Shown here in pieces: positions 34,601-46,600 of a DNA stretch of 60,000 bases. The notes under the pieces are model-generated. The model ran no database searches. It saw only the letters and a list, made by a program, of their open reading frames with translations, and was not told where the DNA came from. Positions within the stretch are counted from its first letter, which is position 1. The number at the start of each line of letters is the position of its first letter. The stretch lies in assembly GCF_018350175.1 (NCBI RefSeq), contig NC_058383.1, forward strand, positions 6,202,001-6,262,000, read 5' to 3'. The position numbers and the translations under genes are program-made. The stretch is from Felis catus. Lineage: Eukaryota.

Positions 34601-37600
34601 CAGGCTCCACACTCGGCGCAGACAGAGCCCAATGTGGGGCTCGAACTCACAAACCGTGAGATCATGACCTGAGCCAAAATCAGGAATTGGATGCTTAACC
34701 AACTGAGACACCCAGGTGCCCCTGTTTAGTATGTCTTTACCTTAAAATGTCCGCTGGTTAAATCAAATGTCATCTGAAACAGAACATTCAGAGGGAGACA
34801 AGTCATTTGGGTGTCGATACAAAAAAAATTTTAAAAACTGAACTGTGAGAGACGACCGCCGTGAGGCTCTGACCCTCTTCCAAGTATGGGCGTTTCAGAT
34901 ACTTCACTCCGAGCTCTGCATCCCCTCTGGTCACCCGTTCCCAGGAAGGGCCGTCTCTGGGTCCGAGCACCACCTTCTAGTTCCCACAAGGGAGCGAGAG
35001 TTGCCCACTCCCGTCCTCGGCCAGTATCACACGTGCTGGCTGCTACCTAACCCAGTGAGGAGGTGGGAGAAAGCTAAAAAACAGGTCAGATTTATCCCAG
35101 AGAATGAAGACTTCTTTCCCTGCATAAACTCGTCCGTGAATGTCACAGCCATTTTGTTTGCAGTGGCACCAAACTGAGAATAAGAATGGGGAGTGTGTGA
35201 TGCATCCGTGCTCGCTTAAGATTGACAGAATGGAGGGGCGCCTGGGTGGCGCAGTCGGTTGGGCGTCCGACTTCAGCCAGGTCACGATCTTGCGGTCTGG
35301 GAGTTCGAGCCCCGCGTCAGGCTCTGGGCTGATTGCTCAGAGCCTGGAGCCTGTTTCCGATTCTGTGTCTCCCTCTCTCTCTGCCCCTCCCTCGTTCATG
35401 CTCTGTCTCTTTCTGTCCCAAAAATAAATAAACGTTGAAAAAAAAAAATTAAAAAAAAAAAAAGATTGACAGAATGGAGTTAGCCATTGATTGAGTGATT
35501 TGGACGAGCCTTGGGTTATGCCGAGTGTGAAAAGCCAATTCAAAGGGATGCCTGCCGAGAGATTGTTACGGAGAGATTGTTACGAAGCGTTTGTGAAATC
35601 ACATAATAAGGGGGGTGGAGAGCAGGTCGGTGGCCGGGTGTTCGGATTCAGGGTGGAGGTGGGCGTGGCCACAGGGCTGAGCCAGGGGGGTCTGTGGATT
35701 GCGGTGCTTCTGGGTGTTCGGAGGCTGGGTTTGCATTTGGACGGCTGCAGCCCCTCTGGTGCCTTTGGGCTGCCCGTGTAGGTGTCGATGGGGCCCTCAC
35801 CGGGCACATCGGTTACCCCCGATCGCCTTCCTGCATCGGTCCAGCCTGCAGCACCCTGGTAGGGGAGGCAGGTTGGATAGGGGACCGGGGTCTGGGCTGG
35901 GCGTGCCTCTCAGGACTGCACCAGGCTCACCCCGCATGACCTAACTCTGCGGAAGAGCGTTTGCAAGAGGCTCCGGAGAGCCCTTCAGCTTGAGTGCAGA
36001 GGTCACCCTGCCATATCACAGATCCCGGTCCTGTCGGCGCGAGGATGGTGGCTCCCTCGGGGTCCGTTTCCCACAGAAATGGTGCGGCTTATCCTGATGT
36101 TCGGGCTCCTGCGAGCGAGAGTCACGTGGAGCCCCTCCCACCAGTGGCGCTCATCAGTGCGGGGTTGAGGTCTTTTTTGAAGACGGACTTTTCAGTTTAA
36201 CTGCCTTTTCAGTACTGAGTCTCAGTAAAATCTGAGGAACACAGTCATCTGGGATTTTTGTTTGTTTAAATATAAAATGCATGCTTTCCGTGTTTGGCAC
36301 TTTAGTTTCTTGTCTAAATGTCTTCTGATGAACCGGTTTATAACCTAGCATTTGCCTGGATTGGATTACTGCCTTGGCCCCTCACTGTGGTGGTTGCTCT
36401 CAGGGGGGGCTGCCGGCCCCCTGGGTTCCCGTGCCCCTCAGGGTGCTCCCCGCATCCTTTCCTGAAAGGAACCTGTGACCGTTGGGGCTGAGGCTTCCTG
36501 TCGGCGCTCCATGTGTTCCCTCCTCCAGTCTTGGGGGGAGACCGGTCCCACCTGAGGGTCCCCATCACTCGGTCAGTCTTCAGCTTACACTTTAAAGAGT
36601 GGGAGAGGCAAAAACGCTTTGCTCCAGGTTAGGTATAGAGTAAAACATTCCTGCTTCCTCTCTGGGACGCTCTTGAGCGTGATTTTGTAGTGAATTCCGG
36701 GTCACCCCAGATGACTAAAAATGTTTTTAATTACATTTTATTTTGAAGATTTTGACTTCAGCGTTCCAGGATCCATGAAGCTACATAATCTTATCTCTAA
36801 GTTGAAAAAGTGGATCAAAATCCTGGAGGCTAAAACCAAGCAGCTTCCAAAGTTCTTCCTCATAGAAGAAAAGTGCCGGTTTTTGAGCAATTTCTCAGCA
36901 CAGACCGCTGAAGTAGAAATTCCAGGGGAATTTCTGATGCCAAAGCCGACACATTATTACATCAAGATTGCTAGGTAAGTGAGCCGCTCGACTGGCCTCA
37001 GGGAAGACCTGGGGCTGCCCTTCTGGTTCCTTCTGGCCCCTGAAGTGGGAAGAACGAGAGATTGTTCTCGGATCTGAGCCATCAAGCACGGTAGAGGGTT
37101 CTGGTCGAACTGATGGGGTAAATGTCTTGCTTGTGTCCCCTTTGTGTTTCTTTTGTTTCTGAAAGGCTCTTTTCTAATTTCCACAGAACTGGACGTGATA
37201 GGAAGGTTATCGGTCTGTAAAACTTTTAAAGCTTAGTAGTCAAAGCAGAATTGGGCAATTATAAAATTCATTAGTGTGTATACTGTATCTTATTTTAAAC
37301 GTAGAAGGTGTGGTAACAAATGGTCGTAATCAGACCCGGAGCTCTGCTCTCTCGTGCATCTGGACTTGGATTTCCCAGTCCTCCAAATCTGACTCCTCTT
37401 CCGGCCGCCCACCCTGCTCCTCGTCTTCCGTCCGTAGCCAGGGCGCACGGGAGGGAGGTGAGGGCGAGGGTGTGTCCATCCTCAGCCTGCTCCTGGGGCA
37501 GCTGCTCCCCGTGGCCCCTGTGCCAGGCCGTCCTGTCCCCCGGCTCTGTGGCTGGGTGCTCAGAGCCCAGTCAGCTGCCCAGCTGGCGCTCCTGAAGCGG

Positions 37601-40600
37601 GAGCCCGGGGCCCGATTGTTTTACGACGACAGCGTCATCTACTCTTCCGCCTTTGATTTTCCCTGTGTCAAGATGTCTCCCCCACGTCGTAAAATCCCGT
37701 CGTGCCATTTAAACCTGGCCAGAGTGACCTCTGTAGCTGCGCGTCCTGTCTTTTTGTGACGATTCCGAGTGCTGTCTTTGTAAAGTTCCCTTTTCTTCTC
37801 AAAGAGGATTGGAAGTCGAGCCTCAGGAAGGGGAGTTGGTGTTTCATCGTGTGCTTGTTTGGGCAGGTTTATGCCCAGGGTGGAAATTGTGCAGAAGCAC
37901 AACACGGCAGCCAGGAGACTGTACATCCGTGGGCACAACGGCAAGATCTACCCGTACCTCGTCATGAACGACGCCTGCCTGACGGAGTCCCGGCGAGAGG
38001 AGCGCGTCCTGCAGCTGCTCCGGCTGCTGAACCCCTGTTTGGAGAAGAGAAAGGAAACCACAAAGAGGCACTTATTTTTCACAGGTATGACAGGTGCGCT
38101 TTGGGGGCACACAGCCGGTCCCGTTAGCCTTTGCGGATTTTCCCGCGTGCCGTCTGGGGAACTGAGAATGCCCTGAAGCTCACCAAGCAGGGAGGGTTCT
38201 GGAATGAGGACCCTGTGCCGTGAAGAAGCCGCTCCCTTCTCACTGCAAGACGGGTGCTCTGATGAGTGTTTGGGAGAGGGGGGTGCCTGCCTGTGCGCGC
38301 TGCTGGTTTCCCTCGCCCGGAACCCGTGCTCTGGGGAAACGTGCGCTGGCACCGGGCCTGTCGTGGGCGTGTTAGCAGCGTGTTGTGAGTGTGTTTAAGT
38401 GCGGTCCTCAAACGACTCCTGGAACTCACAGTGCACTGCACGGCCCCTGCTGGAGCGAGCCTTCGTGGAGTGAAACGCGGTGCAAGGGAAAGTCAGCAAG
38501 GCCTGTGAACGCCACAGAAATCGTGGCCAGGTGGCCACCAGCAGCCTCCGAGTAAGGCCTTTCCATACGTAGTTGTCCTGGGTGGTTCATGAGTGAGCCT
38601 TTCTGTCTGTAACGGGCAGAGATGAGATGCCTGTGATCCCGCTTAGAGAAGAGAACCACGGTCAAACATTTTAGCATCTAACCTCTGAGGTTGGGAGCCT
38701 ACTGCAATGCATATTAGCCAGTCCCATAGGGAACTTTCTTCTGATGGCTAAGAATCCAACCCGTTTTGACTTAAAATCTTTCACCCTAAAGTTCACTATC
38801 CCCCAAATAAGTCAATTGAGGAACTAGAGTATACAGAAAACTGTATGCATTTTAACATGCACATGATGTGATCTGTAGTGTTGATTACATCTGTGGGTAA
38901 TAGATGATTCTTTGTCTTTTCCAAAGAAACAACCTCTTGGTCAGCACCAAATGACAGTCCAAATACATGCCCTCGAGTCACTGTGGGATGTCTTTATGGG
39001 TTGAAACCATGGAACAAGCCAGTAGCTGTGGTTTGACTGAGCTTAGACCAAATTAAACCTATGTTCGTTAAAAGTCAGAGGCATGTGTGTGTGTGTGTGT
39101 GTGTGTTTGGAGGGGGAGGGTGTGTTTGTGTACACGTACCACGCTGACACTCAGGGCAGGCGCAAGTGGTTATTGTGGCCTAGGGACAGGCTGGTGCAGA
39201 TACTGGGTCATAGCTCCCACTCCCTCCCCACCCCCGCAGCACCAGTGCGGCTGCTGCCATGACCCTGTGCTGGCACACTTCGTTTGCTATCTTCTGGAAA
39301 TTACTCAGCTTTCTACAAAATATCTTCAACAAAATGGCTTAAGGGGCACCTGGCTAGCTGAGTCAGTAGAGTATGTGACTCTCGATCACAGGGTTGTGAG
39401 TTCAAGCTCCACGTTGAGCATAGAGCTTGCTTTAAAAAAAAAAAAAAAAGTTTTAATAATATTTCCTTGATCTAATATCTTTTCTAACTTTTTTTAACTT
39501 TTTTTTTTAAACGTTTGTTCATTTTTAGTATATGTGCTGCCGAAGCGAGCACACATTTGTTCGTTTTTGAAAGAGAGAACGCGCAAGCCGGAGAGGGGCA
39601 GAGATAAAGGGAGACACAGAACTCAACGCAGGCTCCAGGCTCCCAGCTGTCAGTGCAGAGCCTGATGTGGGGCTTGAACTCAGGAACTGTGAGATTATGA
39701 CCTGAGCTGAAGTCGGACACTTAACCCACTGAGCCACCCAGGTGCCCCATTGATCTAATATCTTTAAAGTGTTATTTAATCTACCAGCAACCCCATGGGT
39801 ACATATTGTAGTCCCATTTATAAATGAAGAAACTGAAGTTCATACAAGTCCAGTGACCATTCCCAAGGTCATGTCACTGGGAAAACAGCCCTCGGGATGT
39901 GAGTGTGGACAATCTGGCTCCAGGGCAGCCATACCCAACACTTTCTGCTTGAGTGTGGTCATGACGTGGGTTATCCTCATGTGGGGTGAATTGCTTCATA
40001 AAGAGTGCCCATCACTGCCCATACAGCTCCACAGAGTGACTGGGCAGAATGACCAGGTTGGTTCTGGAAACTTATCTGAGGCACAGAAAATGATGTGAGG
40101 GATCGTTTTCCTGATTTCCTGAAGACGGGGCCCAGCCATCCCCGACGCCGGAAGACCGCCTGACAAAATCACACTCCTACCTCGGAGTGAGTGGGAGGAT
40201 TGATTTCTCCTGACAGGGTGCCGATGGAGGAGGACCTCTGAAGAGCGGACGAGGTTGGCAGTCTCCGATTTTTAAAGATTGCTTTCTAAAGAATTTCCGT
40301 TCATCTGTGTCTTAAGCAAAAGGGGCTGGTGGCTCAGGCTCCGTCGCCCAGCAGATTGGGCTCCGTGCCACGTGCTGAGTGGGTACGCAGCGTGGGACTT
40401 CCAGCTTTCCCCCAACCCCCGTCCTCTGCTCGTGAAGGGCCGAGTGATCTCCTCCCGAGACGGCCCTGGAGGTGGAGTCGAGCGCTGCCCCCTGGCGTCG
40501 TCTCAGTCATTTCCTCCTTTCTCCTCAGTTCCTCGAGTTGTGGCGGTGTCCCCTCAGATGCGCCTCGTGGAGGACAACCCCTCTTCTCTTTCCCTCGTGG

Positions 40601-43600
40601 AGATCTACAAGCAGCGCTGTGCGAAGAAGGGCATCGAGCACGACAACCCCATCTCCCGCTACTATGACAGACTGGCCACGGTGCAGGCACGCGGGACCCA
40701 GGCCAGCCACCAGGTACCGAATCGGGCCAGCTGCGCTCTGTGGCGGAGCTCCCCCGGCACGAGCGCTTAGAGGAGTAGCGGCCGGTTGAGAGGGACCTTT
40801 CTCCCTCATTAGACTCGTGAGTGGTCAGAATTAGGCGACCATGGCCCCTGATGTGGTGACGTTTGCTGCAGAATAACTTGACGGCAAACTCCTCTGGCAG
40901 CCAGACCTGCTCCGAGGGACGTGAGGCTGCTTATCCAGTCCGCGTTCACGCTCCTCTGGTTTGCGGCTGGGGCCGGGGTGAACCACGGCCTCTGTGTTGT
41001 GTATGCTTTTAAAACGTGGAAAGTGGCGAGTCCTGAAACGAGTCAGGCCCGGTTGTTTTGGTCGCCTGGTGTGGGAGCACAGTGCCTCCCGCAGGAGTCC
41101 CATGCGGCTCTGGCCTCATCAGGTGGGTGGAGGGCCGTCCCCACCAGCAGATTCCTGCCCTTGCTAGAAAGCAGGGCAGGTGGGGGTCTGGGTGAAGAGG
41201 TTTTGTGCGGGATTGTGTGCATCACCAGAAGGTAGCTCTGTCTTGGCCTGCGCCCCCAAAGCCACCGTGGTCCTTCCTGTGGCTCCCGAGAGGGCCGCGT
41301 GATTTTTAGGAGAGATGCCACAAAGCTGGAAGCTCTGCTCTTGCTTCCATCCTCCCAGGGACTCACTTCAGTTAGCCTGGGACCTGGAAGACTGTTTCTA
41401 GGAAGATGGAGCCCACAGGGTGCTTGCCTCACCCGCCTGGGCAGTGCTCAGGGTACAGGCGGGGCCTGAGGCGGTCCGGGCCTCGGGCTCTGTTGCAAGC
41501 CTCCTACCTTTGTGCAGGCAAAACGAGTGGAACCCGTCTGTTGATGGGTGTCTGTGGACAGAGCTCGTGGCCTCCCTTGGGAATTGGAGTCAGGGCTTCA
41601 TCAGGGTGCAGGTGACTGCCTGGTCACTCTGTGGACCGAGGACAGTACTGAGGTGTTTGTGCAAGATGAATGGATTCTATTCTTAAGACTGCATTTATTT
41701 GTCTTTGACATTATGGAAACTGATGACCTCTATCTGCAAATACATATTTACATGAGGTTCCATGTGTTTTACAAACTATCTGTGTGATATTGTTTATTCT
41801 GAGAGAGAGCGAGAGAGCACATGTGAGTAGGGGAGGAGGACAGAGAATCCCAAGCAGGCTCTATGCTGTCAGCACAGAGCCAGACCCAGGGCTTGATCCC
41901 AGGAACCATGAGATCACGACCTGAGCCAAAATCAAGTCAGACACTCAACTGACTGAGCCACCCAGGCGCCCCAGAAAATTCACCCTTTAAAATGTTCAAT
42001 TCAGTGTTTCCGGCATATTCACAGAGTTGTGCAGTCATGACCACAATCTGTCTTTAAAACAGTTGAGGGGCGCCTGGGTGGCTCAGTTGGTTAAGCACCT
42101 GACTTTTGATTGCACCTCAGGTCATGATCCCATAGTTGTGAAATTGAACCCTGCTTCGGTATCAGTAGTTTGTTCCTTTCTATTGCTTAATAATAGTCCC
42201 TTGTATGACTATATCACACGTAATTGATCCCTTCATCAGTTGGTAGACTTTTGGATTGTTGATACTTTTTGACTTATGGCCAGTGCTAAGGACTGTAAGC
42301 CTTTGTGTATGTATTTTTACATGGACATATGTTTTCATTTCTCTTCGATACATACCTAGGAGTAGAATTGATTGGTCACGTGGTAAGTTTTATGTCTATT
42401 ACATGAACTCCCAGACTATTTTCCCAGGTGATTGCAGTGTATGAGGGTTCTTTTTTCCCTGCATTCTTGCCTACAGTTATTATCTCTTTTTCTTATAGTC
42501 ATTCTCATTCATTTTGGTTGATAACAAGTGATGTTGAGCAACTTTTCGTGTGCTAATTGGCTGTTTGCATATTTTCTTTGAAGAAATGTTTATTAAAGCC
42601 CTCTGCTTATTTTTAAATTGTATGATTTGTTTTTTTGTTTTTGATGCTGAGAATTCTTTGTATGTTCTGGATGCAAGTGACTTGATACGAGTGGTTTCAC
42701 TTTATTTCCTGTGTATTGGCTATGTTTTCCTGAGCCTTCATTTATCTCATTTTTGTTGAAAACTGGACATTTTTAATAATATATGTTAACTCTAGAAATC
42801 AGCTCCTTTTCCCTAAGGTTTGTTATTGTTGTTGTTTCCTTAGTGACTTTCCTGGACTGATTTGTAAATTCTCTGTTTTTGCCATGTGCAGCCATTGAAG
42901 TCTCTGCTCATTTAGCTAATGATTTGACAGATTTTCTTAAATGCTTTGAACCAATAAGTCTTCCTTCCACCTTTTTTGAGGGCCTCTATGGGGGGCAGGG
43001 GATGCCTTCCACTTGGCCAAGTAGTTTATGTTCTCCCTTAGCTTCTACTTCCTGTTTGTGCAGATCCAGGTCAACCAGAAGTGGAAGCATTGGGCTTTCT
43101 GAGGTTTTTCGTGACCTTCTAGTGACCTTCTAGATTCTCAAGAATATATCGAGGCTTTTCGAAGCCTCCTGTGGTCATCGTACTCCCTCACTCTTCCCCT
43201 TGTCTGCCATCATCTTCTGTGCTGCAGCTGGTATCGCTGCCTTGGGCATCTGCAGGGTGACGTGGTCGTCACTGACTGCTTTCAGCAAACGCCTGTCGGA
43301 TAGGGTGCTCCTCACCGGCTGAACTCGAAGTTCGATCAGAGATCAGCCCAATAAATGGGGCTTCCCCCTCCCCCTAACCCCACCCCCCACCCACAGGAAG
43401 CTGCCAGATAAGTCAAATAGTGGCACTTCTCTGGAGATGAGGTTTTTGAACGCATTTTGCCCACTCCTGGCTGCTGGTTTCTACAGCTGTCATGGTCGCA
43501 AAGCCACTGTGGAGCTGGGTAGATGGGAATGGTGTAATTAAACTGCCACAAAGATCACTGTCACCAAGATTCAGCCTTTTTTTTCCCCTTGAGTAAAAGC

Positions 43601-46600
43601 TACTCGGATTTTTGTAATAAGCCTTTAATTTCCAGAATTTAAAAAAGTTTTCCAGGGGCGCCTGGATGGCTCAGTCGGTTAAACGTCCGACTTCGGCTCA
43701 GGTCATGATCTCACGGTCTGTGAGTTTGAGCCCTGCGTCAGGCTCTATGCTGACAGCTCAGAGCCCACAGCCTGCTTCGAATTAAGTTTCTGATGTTTGC
43801 TAATGTTCTCGATGGTGTTTGTGGTTCTTGGTTGCTTAGGGCCTGCATTTTAGTGGTAGTCAGAGCCCATAGGTAGGACTTAGCCCAGAACAGACCTGTG
43901 CCTTTACCATTTGGTCTAACAGGAACGGAATTAACTCGGCAGACTTTTTATTGAGACTGTCTCTGAATTAGTGGTGTTTGAAATAGTGTTGTGAGTCCTC
44001 CAGCACAGAATTCACTTTAAAGTGTTGTGTAACATCTGCTCTACTTTGATAGACTAGCTCCTTCAGTTATACACCTTTCGTCTTTAATAGTCTAAGGTGT
44101 GAATTGTTGTCATCCAACTATTTGTTCTTTTTGTTAACCGGCCTAGCGTTTTCTCTGGTTAGCAGGTTACGGTATTCAGATTTTGCCTAAATTCTTGGCA
44201 GGACAGATATCACGCATCATGCTCCTAAGGCTTTTATTCAGATGGCGGTGGTGTTGGTTTGAGCATACGGTGTGGAGCCCTAGAGGGAAATTGACATCCT
44301 GGTATTTAGTCAGACAACATCACATATGTATTTCTCAATAGAATTCATTCTGTTGGTGCCAAGTAAGTACAAACCTACAATTGGAGAGTTTTCCTTTTGG
44401 GGAAAAAAAAAACGAGCGAATTGGAGGGAGGTATCATGGGGTGATCTGTCCTTGCAGGTCCTTCGAGACATCCTCAAGGAGGTTCAGAGTAACATGGTAC
44501 CACGCAGCATGCTCAAGGAGTGGGCTCTGCACACGTTCCCCAACGCCACGGACTACTGGACGTTCCGGAAGATGTTCACCATCCAGCTCGCCCTGATTGG
44601 CTTTGCAGAGTTCGTCTTGCATTTAAATAGACTCAACCCCGAGATGTTACAGATCGCTCAGGTAAAGGGTGTGAGGAGACGGCGCCTCTCCCCACACCTC
44701 TCCGCTGTGTGGTTTCAGTTCCACAAGTGTCTCCTTCTGGTGTTTAGGACACCGGCAAACTGAACGTGGCCTATTTCCGATTTGATATAAACGACGCGAC
44801 CGGCGACTTAGATGCCAACCGTCCCGTCCCTTTCCGCCTCACCCCCAACATTTCCGAGTTTCTGACCACCATCGGCGTCTCCGGCCCATTGACAGCCTCC
44901 ATGATCGCTGTCGCCCGGTGCTTCGCCCAGCCCAACTTCAAGGTAGGCCACGGTGGCCGGTGTGGCGCGCGGCTGGGGTCACTTGTATGTGCGCGGCCTC
45001 ACAGCTGCTGGTCTGCCAGTACGGAGGGAGAGTGTTGCGGCTGCACAGTTAAAGCTTCTGCATTTTGGAAAAAGCGTTTCAAGTTTTTGCTGTCTCGGAG
45101 CACTTACAAAAAGGAGTCAGAAGCCTCTACTGATCATTTTCCCAACTATCACTGTTGCTTGCCGGTTTCGTTTATTCCATTTGGTATCCGTTTTGTGTTT
45201 ATGTAGATCTTTCTTCTCTAAAAGGGCAGAAATACTGTCTGTAGGGTGGTGCCGTCTTCCTGGCACCGCGGTTATGGGTCCTAGAGGACAGTCGTGGCGG
45301 TAGGACATGCGACGGCCGCCCCGGCCGCAGGCGGGTGTGGGATGGCGCTGCCCTCCTCTCGGCGCCGTCCCTGCCCAGCACCGCCCCGGCTGCTTCGGTG
45401 GCCTGTCCTCAGACTCTCCCAGCGCTTGTCCAGCTGGCGGGCAAGGTGGGCAGCTCAGAGCTCGTGCCGCCGGCAGAGGACAGACTGGGATTCGAATCCG
45501 GTTCCCACTGACTCCAAGCCCGTCTTCACCGCAGTTATTCTCTCCTCACGGTTGGGGGCTGAACGCAACTTATTTTTCTTCTAGCTTAGGAGACGGGTTG
45601 TACCTTTTTTCCCACAGACGAGCAGTTTGTGTCTAGAGACGCCTGCAGATACCAGTTGCTTTTCCAGAAAATTTGCTCAGGACAGTTGTAAGATGATCAG
45701 CTAAATGCTTAACTGTGAAGACAGACTTTTTACATCAAACACATCTTGTGCTTTCAGTGCTCGCTGTCTGTTAGCGAGGAGTGCTTTCTGGAACAGGAGT
45801 ACGAACAGGGGGAAGAGCAGCCCTGTGGCTCTTCCATGAGTGAGTGGTCTGTGCTGTGACCATCACTTAGCCGGGGCGTCAGGCTTGGAACAGCAAGTCC
45901 TCACTTAGAAATGTTATGCTTCTGGAAACATCATGGGGCAGTCCTTACACTGGCATTTACTTTGAAAACCTTAAAAGAGAACAACGAAGGAAGCACTACC
46001 CGTATCTCAGGGGCCTGGTACAATGTGGAGTAGCACCGTGCATTGTTCCTTGTGTAGACGGTGCTGGCCAAGATGAGGAGGAGTCGGGCCCCCTTCTCCA
46101 AACTCTGGACCCAGATTTCTTAACAGCCTAAATGTAGAGGATGCTTTTAAGTTCACTAAAACATAGACCATTTTGTACAGGAGTGTCTTTTAAAAACACA
46201 TCTGGGGGGCGCCTGGGTGGCGCAGTCAGTTGAGCGTCCGACTTCAGCCAGGTCACGATCTCGCAGTCCGGGAGTTCGAGCCCCGCGTCGGGCTCTGGGC
46301 TGATGGTGGCTCAGAGCCTGGAGCCTGTTTCCTATTCTGTGTCTCCCTCTCTCTCTGCCCCTCCCCCGTTCATGCTCTGTCTCTCTCTGTCCCAAAAATA
46401 AATAAACGTTGAAAAAAAAAAAAAATTTAAAAACACATCTGGGAGGCTCTCTTACTATGCCCAGTATATAAACAGGGAAATTGAGACACAGTGGGCTAAG
46501 TAAATCGATCAAGGTCACCCAGGCAAGAAGGTGGAGCTGGGGCTAGAACCTCAGTCTGTGCCATGGCCACACGGAGGCCCGGGGATGGCCCTCCTTGACG

